Below the pieces are notes generated by a model. That model did no database searches. It was not told the origin of the DNA and was given only the letters and a program-made list of their open reading frames with translations. A stretch of 64,000 bases of DNA from Geosiphon pyriformis uo1 (Eukaryota > Fungi > Glomeromycota), in assembly GCA_016748015.1 (NCBI GenBank), contig JAAOMT010000543.1, positions 542,491 to 606,490 on the forward strand, read 5' to 3'. Every line of letters begins with the position of its first letter. Positions within the stretch are counted from its first letter, which is position 1. Positions 38,601-52,989 of this stretch are shown piece after piece. A program made the position numbers and the translations under genes.

Positions 38601-40291
38601 TAAAAGGGTTATAAAGTTAAGAAATATTGACAGAAACAACAAGAAAAAACAAAAAACTTCTTTATTAAAATTATGCTTTTTGGAAAATTTAAAATGTAAA
38701 AAAAAAAGAATTTATTATTATTATATATATAAAAGCAATAAGTTTTTAAATAAATTTTATTAAAAAAAATATATTATAAACAGTATAAATTTTAGTTAAA
38801 TGCTTATTTAAAAACAAGTTTCAAAAGTTTTAAAATTAAATTAAACAGAAAAACAATAAAATTTAAATTATTATTGTTGTGTTTTAATAAATATTTTTAT
38901 AATTATTGTAATAAATATAAATAATTATTTATATAATAAAAAAAGAAATTAATTTAAATAACTTTATAAAAAAACTACTTTTATATTATAAATTAGAGTA
39001 AATAAATAACAAAAAAAAGATTATTAAAAATAATAGATATAAAAAAAATTAAAATTAAAAAAGTAAAATAAATTTGTAAAAATTAATATATATAATTAAT
39101 CTAAAAATTATAACTTTTTAATTTTTCTAAAAAATTTAAAAATATAATAATAGTTTATTATTATTATTATTATTATTTATGTTTTATTTACTTATTTTTA
39201 AAATTAACTTATTTAATAAATTTATAATTAAATTTGTTAGTGTTTTTAATAATTTAAATTAATTTTTTATTGATTATTAAAAATAAATACCAAAATTTTT
39301 TTAAATTAAAAGTATTATTATTATTATTTTGTTGATTAAAAATTCACAAAACTATAATATATGTCTTTTAAATAATAAAAATAATTTTGTAAAAAATATA
39401 AATTATTAATATAAAAGTTATTAAACTTAAATATATAGATATGTTTATAATAAAAAATTAACTAAGCATTTAAATAAAAATTGTTACTTAAATAAAATAA
39501 AAACAAATAGTTTTTTTTAATTTATATAGCTTAATATAAGTTTAAATTATTGGTTATATATAAAAAATGTGTAAGTAATATTTTTGTTACATATTTTAAG
39601 TTTTAATTAAATATATAAACTTTTATTTAATAAGTTTAAAATTAATATAAAGTTACATATATATATGCAAAATAATAATAAAAATATATTTAATACTGGT
39701 TTAATTTTTTCCAATTTTAAAACTTACAATTATTTTTATTTTAAAATAATAAAACGAATTTTATTCAATATTAAAATATATAAAAAAATAATAATGTTAA
39801 TTAAACAAAACAAAAAATAATTTAATGAATATTGCATAATACAATAATTATTAAAAAAACAATTATATTATAGAGTAAAAACTCTGATTATTGTTGTAAT
39901 TTAACAAANNNNNNNNNNNNNNNNNNNNNNNNNNNNNNNNNNNNNNNNNNNNNNNNNNNNNNNNNNNNNNNNNNNNNNNNNNNNNNNNNNNNNNNNNNNN
40001 NNNNNNNNNNNNNNNNNNNNNNNNNNNNNNNNNNNNNNNNNNNNNNNNNNNNNNNNNNNNNNNNNNNNNNNNNNNNNNNNNNNNNNNNNNNNNNNNNNNN
40101 NNNNNNNNNNNNNNNNNNNNNNNNNNNNNNNNNNNNNNNNNNNNNNNNNNNNNNNNNNNNNNNNNNNNNNNNNNNNNNNNNNNNNNNNNNNNNNNNNNNN
40201 NNNNNNNNNNNNNNNNNNNNNNNNNNNNNNNNNNNNNNNNNNNNNNNNNNNNNNNNNNNNNNNNNNNNNNNNNNNNNNNCGACTTTGTGAC

Positions 40292-42713
40292 TTGGGTGTT
40301 GGGAACGGAGGCCTTTTTTTGAATGAAACCTCGAGATACTATTTGCGATGCTGGCTAAATTGGGCTTATCCATTTGCTTTTTATTTCGACGCTGGTTTCA
40401 CAGGAGGACCTTCAGCATCCGGTCTGCAAAGTAGTGTCGATGCACAGAAATTTAACCCAAATTATGATATCTTGAAAATCGCATTCAGAAGTACATTGAT
40501 GAAACCTCGAGAGGACTACGTCGATGTCTTCTTTCGCCATCTGGAACAGTGCGCGATGAGCTGGACGTCGCAGCTTTTTAATTCTCCTTACACGTCACTA
40601 GTACAGGCCAGCGGGACAGGAAAGTCCAGACTATTGCGAGAATTGGCAATCGAAAAAAATGTTTTAGTCATTTACATTTGTTTACGTGGTCCTGAATCGA
40701 AGGGCTATCCATATCGTTCGGACATTGCCAATGAACTCACTGGAAAGGCATATTCGGAAGCTCATTATCTCGTCTTTCTAGGGGCTTTGTTTTGCAAGTG
40801 TTCAGGGTTCGTGAACACGCAACTTCAACTTCATGAGAAAACACTGGAGAAGACATGTGGCCGCATATTTGACATTCTCATTAGTGACATTAGTGATGAT
40901 ATGTTCAACTTGCAGAAAAGTCTTTGGGACAATGTGAGAGGTGAGATGAAATCGAGGCTCAGCGATACCAGAGGACCTCAGATCGAGAAAATTGGAAATG
41001 AGGTAGCGGTTCAATATAAAAAACTTATAGTTACGTTGAGGAAGCTAAACAAACATTCATTAAAAATGTTGTTGGCTTTTGATGAAGCCAGAGTGCTCAC
41101 CGAAAATGATAATTTCTGTAATCTGCGGAGGGCGCTACAGGCCGTTCCGGACTCGGGTGGTTTTATGGCGCTTTTCACAGACACTCTATCAAAAGTTTCA
41201 AATTTCTCTCCTGCAAATTATCACGATCCGTCCAGCAGAATCAGCTCTGAAGGAGAAAAGCTGTATAAACCATTTTATTTACTTGATACGTTGGACTGCC
41301 GCATGCAAAAACCGCCAGTTGTTACAGTTTCAACGGCAATGAATCAAATTCGCTACATGGGCCGTCCTATCTGGGCAGATGTTGCCGACCAAGCCATTAT
41401 CGCATTTGCCACAGAGAAAATTCTCTGTGACAGCATGAAAGCCAGGGAGATACATGAAACTGAACATATTGTGGTTATCAAAAAAGTAACAGAAGCACTA
41501 GCGATTCTTGGACCACGGCTTTATTTGGAAATCTCGAGCCTTTCACAACAAGCATTCGAGTTAGTCAGTAGCCATATGAGAATCTTGCGCCATGTTGATC
41601 AGACACGGGAATCCCTTGTCACTGCATGTCCAAGCGAACCAGTGTTAGCCGAGGCTGCAAGCCATATAATGAACCGATCTGGAATTCTCGTGCAAGTTTT
41701 GGGCCACTTAGTCAGCTCAATCAGGAATCACATCGTTGTCAACGCAGGTGATCAGGGTGAACTTGTCGGTAGGATCCTGTGTCTTTTGGCAATTGACAAA
41801 GCAATTCAGTCAAAACCCAAAGTCTGGAACATGTATTCACAGACCATCACCATACAAGAATTTTTCGACGCACTTGTTGGTCGGGACTCCTGGAAAAAGC
41901 TTAGTTCGATTTTTACTATTCAAGCCAACAGTGTAACACTTCGCGATAGCAAGATCAGGTTTAATCATTTCGCATACGTTGAGTTCACTCCTACAAGGCT
42001 AGATCTTATCGAATTTTTCTTTCGTGGTGCAGCAGTTTTTTGTAAGCGAAATCAAAAAGGAGTGGATATCATCATTCCAGTTGCCATGGTTCGAGATGAT
42101 GAAACTCCAATCACAGAGGAGAACGTGACGTTCATTAGTATCCAAGTCAGGAATCGTGAAGCTGATGGTTCAACTGGTGACGAAGAGCAGCAAGAAGGGA
42201 GCAAACAATCATTTAAACGACAAAAGATGGATAATATATTCAAACAAACAGCTCGTTATATTGGCATTGATGACTGCAGACCCTTCCCTCTACCTTACCT
42301 TGGGATTTACATGAGTCTTGGAGTGACATCTGAAGGTATTGAATACAATAACACTTTAGACATTGGAGTGAAAACACGAACAGAAGCCAAGGACAGAATG
42401 GGACATTTGAGTATTTATGGATTCTCAAAAAATGTGTATGCATGTTTCAATGGTGCAGATGGTGACGTAATAGAATCACTGTTGCACAAGTTGTTAATAT
42501 CTTATGTTAACCCTGTTGAAAAAGAAAATGGCATTCTGTGGGGTGGACATAATGCAAGTAATGAGTGGATCCAACAGTGCAAGGAGATTGTGAAGAATAT
42601 GGAGACTTTACGGTATAATCAAGGTATGTCAGTGTATTGTTTGTTTTTTTGTCAGATTTACTAATTTCCTGTTATGCTAAAAAGGCGAGAAAGAAAAACG
42701 CAAAAGGGCATAG
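40292..42713 (+). CDS. P-loop NTPase + PD-(D/E)xK restriction-endonuclease-like protein (Crinkler/CR-type effector or transposase architecture); 5' end probably lost in the gap
   Basis: 790-codon open frame with Walker A VQASGTGKS, Walker B LLAFDEA, PSEPVLAEAA, GDQGELVGR, FNHF, and RGAAVFCKRNQKGVDIIIPV...FISIQVRN. A likely short 3' intron (42623-42684) gives the end QGEKEKRKRA*. Confidence 0.75.
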
Positions 42714-42879
42714 ACAGTGCAATAAGAATGGAGCAATAGTCGTCATTGGTCTGATCTAATTTCTCACTGCCAAAAAACTGTCATTAGATTGTGCAATAAT
42801 AAAATCAATAAAGCTCATTTAATTTGTCAAATATGATGTGAAAAAATTACAAGATGATAAAAATTAATATATAAAATTA

Positions 42880-43450
42880 CCTGTATATGAATAATAATAA
42901 TTACAACGGTTTTACCGAATACGAAAAAGCAATTCATTTTTTGGAAATAGGTTGCAATTGTGGTTGTCCAAAAAAAATCCCAAGAAAAAAGTTTGCTGAA
43001 TTGCATAAGGCATTTCAAGTTTTCTTTAAATCTAAACAATATATTTTTAATCATTTAGCTAAAAACAATGAATAATAGAAAAATAATTACCAGTTAACAT
43101 CTTAAAAATTACTTAATAACAAATATAATACTATGTATTTATAATAACATAAAACAAATATTATAATAAAAAACAAATAATTATTGCTACTGTTGTGAAA
43201 AATTTTCTTAAAAATTATACTAAAATTTATGGATTATCAAGTCTTAATAAAAATATAAACTGATTATTTAATTGCTTATATTTTTGCTAATTAAAAGTTA
43301 TAAATTAATCTATTATAATTTTATTACAGATTTTAAAAACAATAGCATATTAAAATTATTAAAATATAATATATTTTACAAATTATAACACCAATTAATG
43401 TTTTATATTCTCAAATTATAAATTTGAAAACAAATTTATTATATATATGT
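42880..43450 (+). mobile_element. Degenerate transposase-like N-terminus with a CxCxC motif, family uncertain
   Basis: YEKAIHFLEIGCNCGCPKKIPRKKFAELHKAFQ, then frameshifted AT-eroded sequence. It resembles, from memory only, a multicopy AMF DNA-transposon protein family. The end coordinate is approximate. Confidence 0.35.
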
Positions 43451-46400
43451 CAATATTTTTTAAAGATGAAAAAAATCAATTATAAAATATATTATAAGTA
43501 TTTTTTCAATTTTTATATATAAATAATCAATAAAAAATGGATTTTTTTTTAAAAAGTTATAAGTAAAAAAGTCATTATATTATTTTTATTAATTGTATAA
43601 TCAATAATTATTAAACTTAATAAAAAAATTCACTTAATAATATTTATAGGTCCGAATTTAATTAATTCCACCGATTTTTTATACAAATTCCCGGGACTAA
43701 AAGTATGCTTCAATAAAAACAATGCAAAGAGCATTTGATGAAAAAGTTTTATAATAAATTGTTATTAGTTTTTGCCCAAATTTTTTAATCTTACCAAAAA
43801 CTTTATAATTCTTATTAATTTTTACTATTCAGAACCAGAAATTGACAATCAATTAAATCAATGAAAAATAATATGTAATTATTTGCAACTAATTTTATCA
43901 GAATCATATTCTTTTGCTTTTGAAATGAAGCCAGTTAAAAATTTTTAAATTTCAAAAATGCCATCTTTATTATAAATATCATTGTAAAAAATCTAAATTT
44001 TTTTATATAAATAAAAGATTTTTTCATTAATAATTCATATAAAAAATAATTTGTGTACATAAAATATTAAATTGATTTAATTTTGAAAAAAGTTTGATAA
44101 CACTTTTTTGTAATCAGATAAATCGTGCATCTGCACTGGTACATCTATTTTGTTTATCTAAAATAAAAGTTTTAGATTTATGAGTTTTTATTTGGTAGGT
44201 TTGTTTTGAATAAATAAATGAAATGAAAAATAAAATGCTGTACAACACAACTTAAATATTTTACATAAAAATTCTTTTTAAATTATTTTCAAAACCATTA
44301 GCTATAATTTATTCACAATTACTAAAACACTTCGAGGTATAAAATAATAATCCTACATAAATAATCATTAAATATTATTATAAATGTTCCTTTTTGCAAT
44401 TAAATTAGAAAATTTTGAAGAGATATGAAAAATCAAAAGCATGAACAAACTGGTGTTATAAAACTTAGTTTAAATCTTTTATAGATGGCCAAAATTTAAA
44501 TTAAATTAATTCAATTGAGGTATTTTTTTTAAGAAATCTGTGTGACATTTGTCTTTTCTAACATTAAACTCTTGTCGATATAATTTGTTTCACATCTTTA
44601 TTATGCCTATTGCAAATACATCCTTGAATGATATGAAATATAAAAGACATTATAAATCTTTTAAAGCTATAAAGCCATTGACTACTGTTGGTATACCGGA
44701 CGATTTAATATAATTTGGAATTTACAGAAATTATATGGTTTAATTATAAATAGGTAGCTCAAAGTCAAGAACTATTATGTTCAATAAATGATTTTCCATT
44801 TTATAACACCAATTGTTTTATGACCAATTAGTCAAAATTAATAAGATTTCAAATTAATTTTTTAGTTTTTTATTGTTAGAACGATTATATTAATTAGAAA
44901 ATTTTTTATAAAATCTATGATTTAAGTCTGAATATGAAAAATTTTTCAATATTTTTGCAAAAATTTTATTTACTGTTTGTATTTTTTATGCAAACGATTT
45001 TTGTTAATTTATTAAATAAGAAAATCATCAATTAATTAATTCTTAGCAATAAAGTATAAAAAATTTAGATAATAAGTTAGGATTCTAATTTTAATGCGAT
45101 CCGAAAACCACAATGAACTTTTAAAATTAAGGATTTTAAAAAAACTTATTCCACAAGTACTCAAAAAAAACTAAAACCACACATTGACATTCAATAAATA
45201 TGTTTATATTTGCTTGAAAAACAAAATTAGATCGTAATTATCAAAGTTTTTATTTGAATAATAATTCAAGTTGTTAAATTTTATACCAAAATTTATACAT
45301 TATATGTTATATGGATAAAACATCACTTTTATTAAAATGTTGCAAATGGGATATTAAACCAAGAAATTTATTATCACATGATCAATAAAATTTAAAAGAA
45401 GCCAAATCAATTAACTAATTTTCAAAAATACCCGTTGCTGAATTGTTTTTTTGCACTCAGAAATACTTTTGTAAATGGATTAATAGAATTATTAACAAGA
45501 CATAATAAAATTCAAATAATTTTCAAGCATTCAAGAAAGCAATTGCAGAGTAATAAAATGGCAAATAGATTTTATAATCTATTATACAGTCGGTACTCAT
45601 GTCTCTTTCTCCTGATTAATATGTGAGATGTTTGTGTTTTTGATTGTATTTGGCAATTTCTTGGCAGTGTATGTTATGTAACTTTTACATGAGGTCTCAA
45701 GTCTAGAAGGTAAAATATAATAATATAATAATATAATTCTATGTTATATTGCTTAACTAATCTCTTGAATTTTAATTCTAATTAAATAGCTTGTTTTTTC
45801 CCTCGAAATTTATAATAGATTTAAATAATTTTTATTCCATTTATTGTACATGTATATTCAAATGACTAAAAAGATGATTTTCAATAGTTTATTTATTTTC
45901 AACAAAGTTTCTTGCTAGTACCGAGTTTTATTTGAGATAAGTAGATGATTAAAACCTTTTTTGGCATAGAGTAGAAGACGATTTGAGAATACATATAAAC
46001 CTGAAATTATTTGTTGCAGTTAATGAAAATTATTAATAATTACATGAAAGAAGACTACCTAGTCTGTAAAAAGTTGAAAATTTTTTTTTTTTGCAAAGAT
46101 TTGTCAAATAAAGCTTTCTTCTTTCAAAATTTGGATGAACTTCAAATAAAAAAAGAATGATTAAATTAACTTTCGAAAAAGGCTATTATTATTCTGTTTG
46201 AGATCAATCAATCACTTTGATTTCCCATTTCAATGCACGAATGTTGAGTAATGATAAGATTGATTATATAATTTTCAGATTTAAGTTATGATGCAGATTG
46301 GCCTGATTTAACCTTTTTAAACTCGGTGTGTGTTTGTTTGATAGACATCAAAATAGAAAGCAAATAAATTTTGAAAGAGGACATTTCTTGTGTTTTTATC

Positions 46401-49400
46401 AAGCTTAAAAAAAGTTTGATAATATCTGGCATTAATTTTAATATCAAATTGCTAAGATCTCGGAGTCGATGAAAATAAAAGCTACAATCTAAAAGAGAAG
46501 AAAAAATAAAAAAATTTATGAGTTTTTTTAACTAAAAGTAACAACAACTTATTTTGTAGCAATTAAAATTAAAAATTGGAGAATAAAATAGATTTTATTA
46601 TAAACTTAGTTAATTATATTACCAATTTGATGATTTGTACAATTAATAAATAAATTAATTAATTTGGTTTTAAAAATATTTTTTAAGACAATGCCTTCTT
46701 TTTGATTTAAAAAAAGTTTCAAGCCTGTTTTTTTTTACTAAAATTGAATAATAATAATTCAGAAAATAAAAGATTAGCAATTATTTAAATTACAATAAAA
46801 AAATACAACACAATCCAAATATTAATTCAAATTAAATAAAAAAAAATCGCGGCAACTAAGAAACACTAATGGAAATTAATAATTAATGTATGTAATCTGA
46901 TAACAAAAGACTTTATTTTTAAAATTCTTACTTAATTTAATGTTTGATAATTTTAAAGCTTAAATATTAATTATTAGAACATGATTTTTCATAATACTTT
47001 GTAGTATGAAAAATATTTTTATATTTGAATTATATTAAATTTTTTCAAATAAAGTATCTTTTTTTTAAAAAAAAAACTATTCGAAATTAAGAATCCTAAG
47101 AAAATACCTCATTTTAATTTAACATAGAATAAATAAATTTTTAAAATCCGATAATTATATAAAGACTTTATGTAATACTTTTATCAAAGATGTTTATATA
47201 AAAATTTGGCATGGCAATGCTTAAAATAAATTTTTTTGCATTCTATAACCAGAGCTTTCTATTGTTACTATAAATTATTTTTCAAATCTTATTTAACATG
47301 TGTTTCATATAATATATAAATTGTTTACTTCTAATTATGGGACTCTGAAGAGCTATTGATGTGTTCAAATACTTTTTCTAGTATTCAAGTAAAGCAAAAG
47401 TGATAAAAAGTAAAAACTTTTGAAAATTATGTACATTATATTTATATTAATTATTTTTTTCAAATAAAAAAAAGAAATTTAATTTATCTGCTCTTATACT
47501 AAAGTCTACAAATATGCATTTATCTGAAATTTTACTTGAATTTTTGGTTTATTAAACGATGACAATGTTTCCAAAATTGTGCTGTAAATTTTAAAAATGA
47601 TAAATAAAATAGTTTAAAACAAACTTTCATTTTAGATACGGGTAAGATACAATATCCCAAAATATTTTTTAAATTGACCATTAATTGAATAAAAGTTATA
47701 GTCAAACCACAAAAACAATTATAGTATCCAAATTATTACTGCTTAAACATTTAGATTTTAAATTCTCTTTGATTTTTATCTTTTTAGAAACTCAAATAAG
47801 ACACAATATTTATTAACCCTAGACTTTAGCGTTCCCAAAACCACATAATATCTGTCAAAATTTTGTATCAAATTCAAGTTTATGGCTGATTGATAGAGTT
47901 TTTGAAATCTGAATCTTTAACAAATTATTAATGTTTATATAATATGCATATCATTATAAATATATCTTATCAAAATTTCAATTTTATTTATTTATTACAT
48001 TTATAATGAACTCTTAAAACAAATAACCATGTTAATAAATTTGGACTGAATATCAAGGTTCAGAATTTTTCCATGTTTAATTTTTTTAATTATAAATCTT
48101 ATTTGACGGATTAATAATTAAATTTAAGATTTTTGTTTAACATAGTTCGATAAAAAGCAATAAATTCAATTCAAGTTACTACCAAATCTATTGAATACAC
48201 TTATCTCTTCGCGACAATACAATGCTATATATTATACTAATTTTCAAATTTTTGGTCTGAAAAAAGTTAGAATGGTTTAAAATAGATATAAAAATTAATA
48301 GAAACATTTACCCTTTTCATTAATATGAACAATTTAAGCAGCTATAGTTTACCAAGAAAGACGCCAAATAAGTTTGCCATTATATAAATAATGAAAGATA
48401 TCAGAATATTTTATTATAAGACTCCCATAGATTATACACATATATATATGAACTTTATTAATCAATTGTGTTTTATTTTTCAGCATTTTAACGGATCTGT
48501 GAATAAGATAATGAATATATAGGATATTAAATTCCAAAAAATTCAGCAATCTTGAATATTGACGCATTAAACTCAGTACTAAAATTTTGATATTTTCTAT
48601 CCAGCTCAATTCTATTGATTTTAAGCAGTTCTTTCTTGTTTATTGTTCAAACTACTAAACCACATATATTTCAATTCATTCTGAGGCATACCAAAATCAA
48701 AATCTTTTTAAGGTTAAATAAAACTATACCAATAAAAAGTTTTTTAAGAGCATTAAATTGAAATAAAGACTTTCTTCTTAGGTATTTATTGACATTTCAC
48801 TTGGCACCAGCCTTTTTAAAATTAGAAAAAAAAATTAAAATTTTAACCAAGCTAATAAATGCCTTAATTATTTTAATAAGAATTTCCATAAACAGTTAAT
48901 TATTTAAATTATTAAGACATAAATTATAAAAACCCTTAACTTTAAGACTATATACTTTTGACTTTTTTTAAAAGAACAAGAAAAATTGAATATAAAATAT
49001 ATCATCAAAATTAAATATACTGAAATAATAGATTCAATTTGTGTAAGATAATTTTTTAGCCTCAATTACAAGAAAAAAAAACATTAATTTTTGGAAATCT
49101 ATATAAACTTTTTGTGAGTATATATTAATAATGCTCTAGCAAGAATAACCCTCTTTAAAATACATGTACTTTGAAATCTTTTTCATAAATGAGTTTAGAA
49201 ATAATATTGAAAAATGATATTTGCTTAATAAAATGGTAAAATCACACCAGCTCATGCTAAAATTAACTAGTTTCAATTTATTTATTAGTTTGAAATGAAT
49301 TTTTAATCTGTATAGTTAATATACAATAAATAGAATTTTAAAAAAAGATTTACCGTTTAAAATTGGCATGTCATTAAAATAAAGCCAAAATATTTATTAA

Positions 49401-50099
49401 ACAGTTTTATTATCTAATCAAAAAAAATTTTCGAAAAACTATTGTAATTAATAAAATAAGAAATCTAAACATCTATTATAAAAGAGTATCAACATTTGTT
49501 TACTTCCGATTTTAAATTACTTAAAGCTTGGATCTACTTTTTATTTTTTTAATGCTTTTATACATATATTTCTTTGAGAAATAAATTTTGCTTTGAAAGT
49601 ATTAACAAATATTTATCTATTCAAAGTTTTTATGCTAATTGTTAGGGGTGCTTTCGACAAATTTATAACTATTTATTAAAGTTAATAATGTGCTGGAGTG
49701 TCAAGAGAAGACTAAACTTTTGTTAGAAATTCAGCAAGATTCTCATGACATTTAATTGGGTTTTGCATATTATAAGCTCGTATTTAGAAGATGTTCTTAT
49801 TGGCTTTTAAGATTGTGGTATAAAATTCAAAAATGGCAGTTCACGTGATAATACACAATTAAATAAATAAATTCTGGTTTTTTACCTCAGAACATTAATA
49901 AATTGCAGACAAATAAATTTAAATCAGATAATAAATTAGGAACCCAATTTACGCACTGTCTGAATAGCATAATAAATTTATTTAAAGATTTGCCATAAAA
50001 AATATATCGTTTTAATATTTATATACTTTAAATATTACTTTTGGTCGCATAAATATGCTAAAGGCTGGATAGTTTCTTATAAAGCCCGAAAAATTCAAG

Positions 50100-51410
50100 A
50101 TTTCCATAAAAATGATGGAAATCTCACTCTCCCCATCATAATTGATTGGAAAAATTAAATTAATGTTCCTTTCCAATTCAATCAAATCACAAAATGATCT
50201 CAAACATTTCTTACAACTTTAATCAGCCCTGAAATAGGCTTTTCAATGTCTTATAAAGATTTAGCATACCTTTCAAGTGATGCCTATTACGATTCAGAAA
50301 GTTGACCTATAAACAGTTTTGATCCTTTAAAATAAAAAAAATTATTTATGTCATTTTCATATCAAATATTATTTTCTGCAATTTATCAAAAAATATTAAT
50401 CTTTAGTCAAATACAACTTTATCACAAGTAGAGCTCTTAATACGGCATTAGTTGTGCCATTTGCAGGACCAGTAATTATTTGTCATTTCTTGAAATATCA
50501 TATCAGAATTACATTTACTAAATGGGAATTTCTTTATTTTCTTTCTTAGAAAAGAAAAAAAATTCCTGGCAGATGGAGACTAATAAACAAATTTTATTTC
50601 AAAGTAAAAAACATCCCACCATATAGCAATAATATTCGTGTTAATAAGCCAGTCATGGAACTTATTGAATCAGTCTTTTCGAGTATTGTAGAAAATATAC
50701 GAAAATATTTAAGAGGAAAACCTGCCAGCACAATTCTAATAATTTTTACTGGGCATGCTATTGATGGAGGTTAGGAATTTTTGTAAAGTTTCAATAGTAA
50801 AAATCTGAAATATTTTTATTTTCTGAAATAAAAGCATACGCTTAATCGCTGGGATTTGATGGGCTATGCAAAGATATGTGATTCTTTAATCGAATTTATT
50901 GAATGGAATTGCAACAGACGTTTTCATATTTGGAGCTCCGAGAATTGGAAATAGCTGATTCAGTATATTTGCAAACAATATGGTTCCACATCATCGCATA
51001 ACTCATGGAAATGACCATATTCCACACTATCCTTTGGCTTAATTGGGTTGGAACCATTTTGAGTTTGAAATCTGGATTGAGCCATCAGAAAATTGCAATT
51101 GTCCTAATGATGTTGTTAATTTTCATCCATATTCATATTAGGATTGTAATAATTATTCAATGGTACATACACATTCACAACAAGATATATGGCTTGAGAA
51201 ATAGACTATTGAGAATATGGTAAGTTTTATTTAAAGAAAATCTTTAAACAAATGAAAAATTTAAAAAAGTTTCTCTTTAGGAATGTAATGAAGAACAATC
51301 AATCATAAAAGTTCCAGATAATTTATTCATATTTCAAATATTAAAATGGGTTATTGTAGTCTGAACATAATGACTTCATTTTTCAGACGAGTAGCGGACC
51401 ATTTAATAAT
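50100..51410 (+). pseudogene. Class-3 lipase-like pseudogene
   Basis: IIFTGHAIDG-intron-AYA, VFIFGAPRIGNS*F, HRITHGNDHIPHYP, GWNHFEFEIWIEPSENCNCP, -ECNEEQS. In-frame stops and frameshifts. Confidence 0.8.
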
Positions 51411-52989
51411 GTACCGCATAGCATTTGTTTTTTGAATTTTTAAGTCACTTTTTAATTAAATAATATATTAAACAATAAAGAATTTCCTGCTATCAAAAAT
51501 AACAATGCAGTTGCAATTTTAAGATTGTTAATATTTATTGCACTCTTTAAACTTTTTTACACTCTTAAGAATTAATCCTAGTGTTATCTCTGTTTATTGT
51601 GACTTAAATTTGCTATTTGAAAACACAAAATTTATAAAAATTTTATCACATCTTGAAGAGAAAAAAAATTTTGAAAACCATTTTGCAACATATGTTATAT
51701 TTTAAGTGTTGGAATTGATTTCGATATAAATGCTTTTTGAATCAAGAAAATTACTTTGAAAACAAGATTTATTTTTTAAATGTGTTACTTCTCATTTGAA
51801 AATATTAGACACCAACCAGAAGTTTTAATCGAGTTAATATAAGGTTATATGATGAGAAAATAATGGTAATACAAATAAAAAACATTTAGAAATATTAGAT
51901 TTTTATTGATTTATTTTGAACAAAACAATTGAAAACGAATATTTTAAGAGATAAAAGAGTCTCACTTATATTCTATTTCATGTAATCTGTCCGTGCCGTC
52001 ACTTTCAAAAGAATTAGCCTAAAAATAAATGTCAGACCATATTATAAATTCTTTTTTTGACTGTACATATTTCGCCCTTTCTTTAATATTACTCCCATTT
52101 CTTGATGTTTTTTATGTTTTTTTTATAAGAAAATGATTTATATTTTTACTTTGGTCAAAATAACTAATTTTTATTTTGATTTTAATAAAAGCAATCTTTT
52201 ATATCTGGTTTTAATATTGAAACAATTTTCTAAAAATGAAAGAACAAATTTATATCAAAAAACAGAAAAGGCTAAAAGGTTTCCAACAAATCTTTTTCAC
52301 AAGAAGCAAAATTAGAAATTTATGATGAAAGTTTGAAAATCTATGGCTTAGATCTCAGATTTTTAGAATAGAATAACAACACATTAGTTAATGAAATTTG
52401 GTTTCAACACATTTGTAAAATAATTCCCTTCTTGTTCAGAAAACTTGAAAAAACTGCTAAAAAAAATACTTTAATAAAAGAAATTCAAAATCTATTTTTT
52501 TGGATATGAGAATTTGGGAAAAATTTTCGTGTTATTGATATTTCAGATTAGATAAATATCACTTATTTAGAAAAAGAATTTTCTAAAAGCATATTTAATT
52601 CTAGCTGTCTTGTATTTAGAACACTTATTTAAAAATAAAATTGCTAAAGACAATTAAAATTAAGTATTATAAATAATAATAATTTATAAAAATCCTATAA
52701 ATACAAAATAAAATAATTTTAAACTCTAATTATATATTTGTTATATGTTATAAATAAAATTTTATGTAATTAACTATACTATTATTTATTTAATAGATTG
52801 CATATTTGTTAAGCGTTTATTGTAAGTATTTTTAGTTATAATTAAAAAAAATTAAGTTTTTTTATTGTATTATATAAATTGTTAAAAGTGTAATTTTTAA
52901 AGTATTATTTTATTTTGATTTATAAAATTATTAAACCAAATATTTTAATATTCAAATAAAATAAAATAATCTGTTTTTAATTAAATTTA

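Noticed and set aside
39888-40373. ORFs spanning N runs (also 58415-58706)
   Set aside because: Assembly gaps, not coding evidence.
44300-49960. Additional pseudogene fragments in AT-rich DNA
   Set aside because: Short GC-richer patches exist, but no recognisable motifs could be read.
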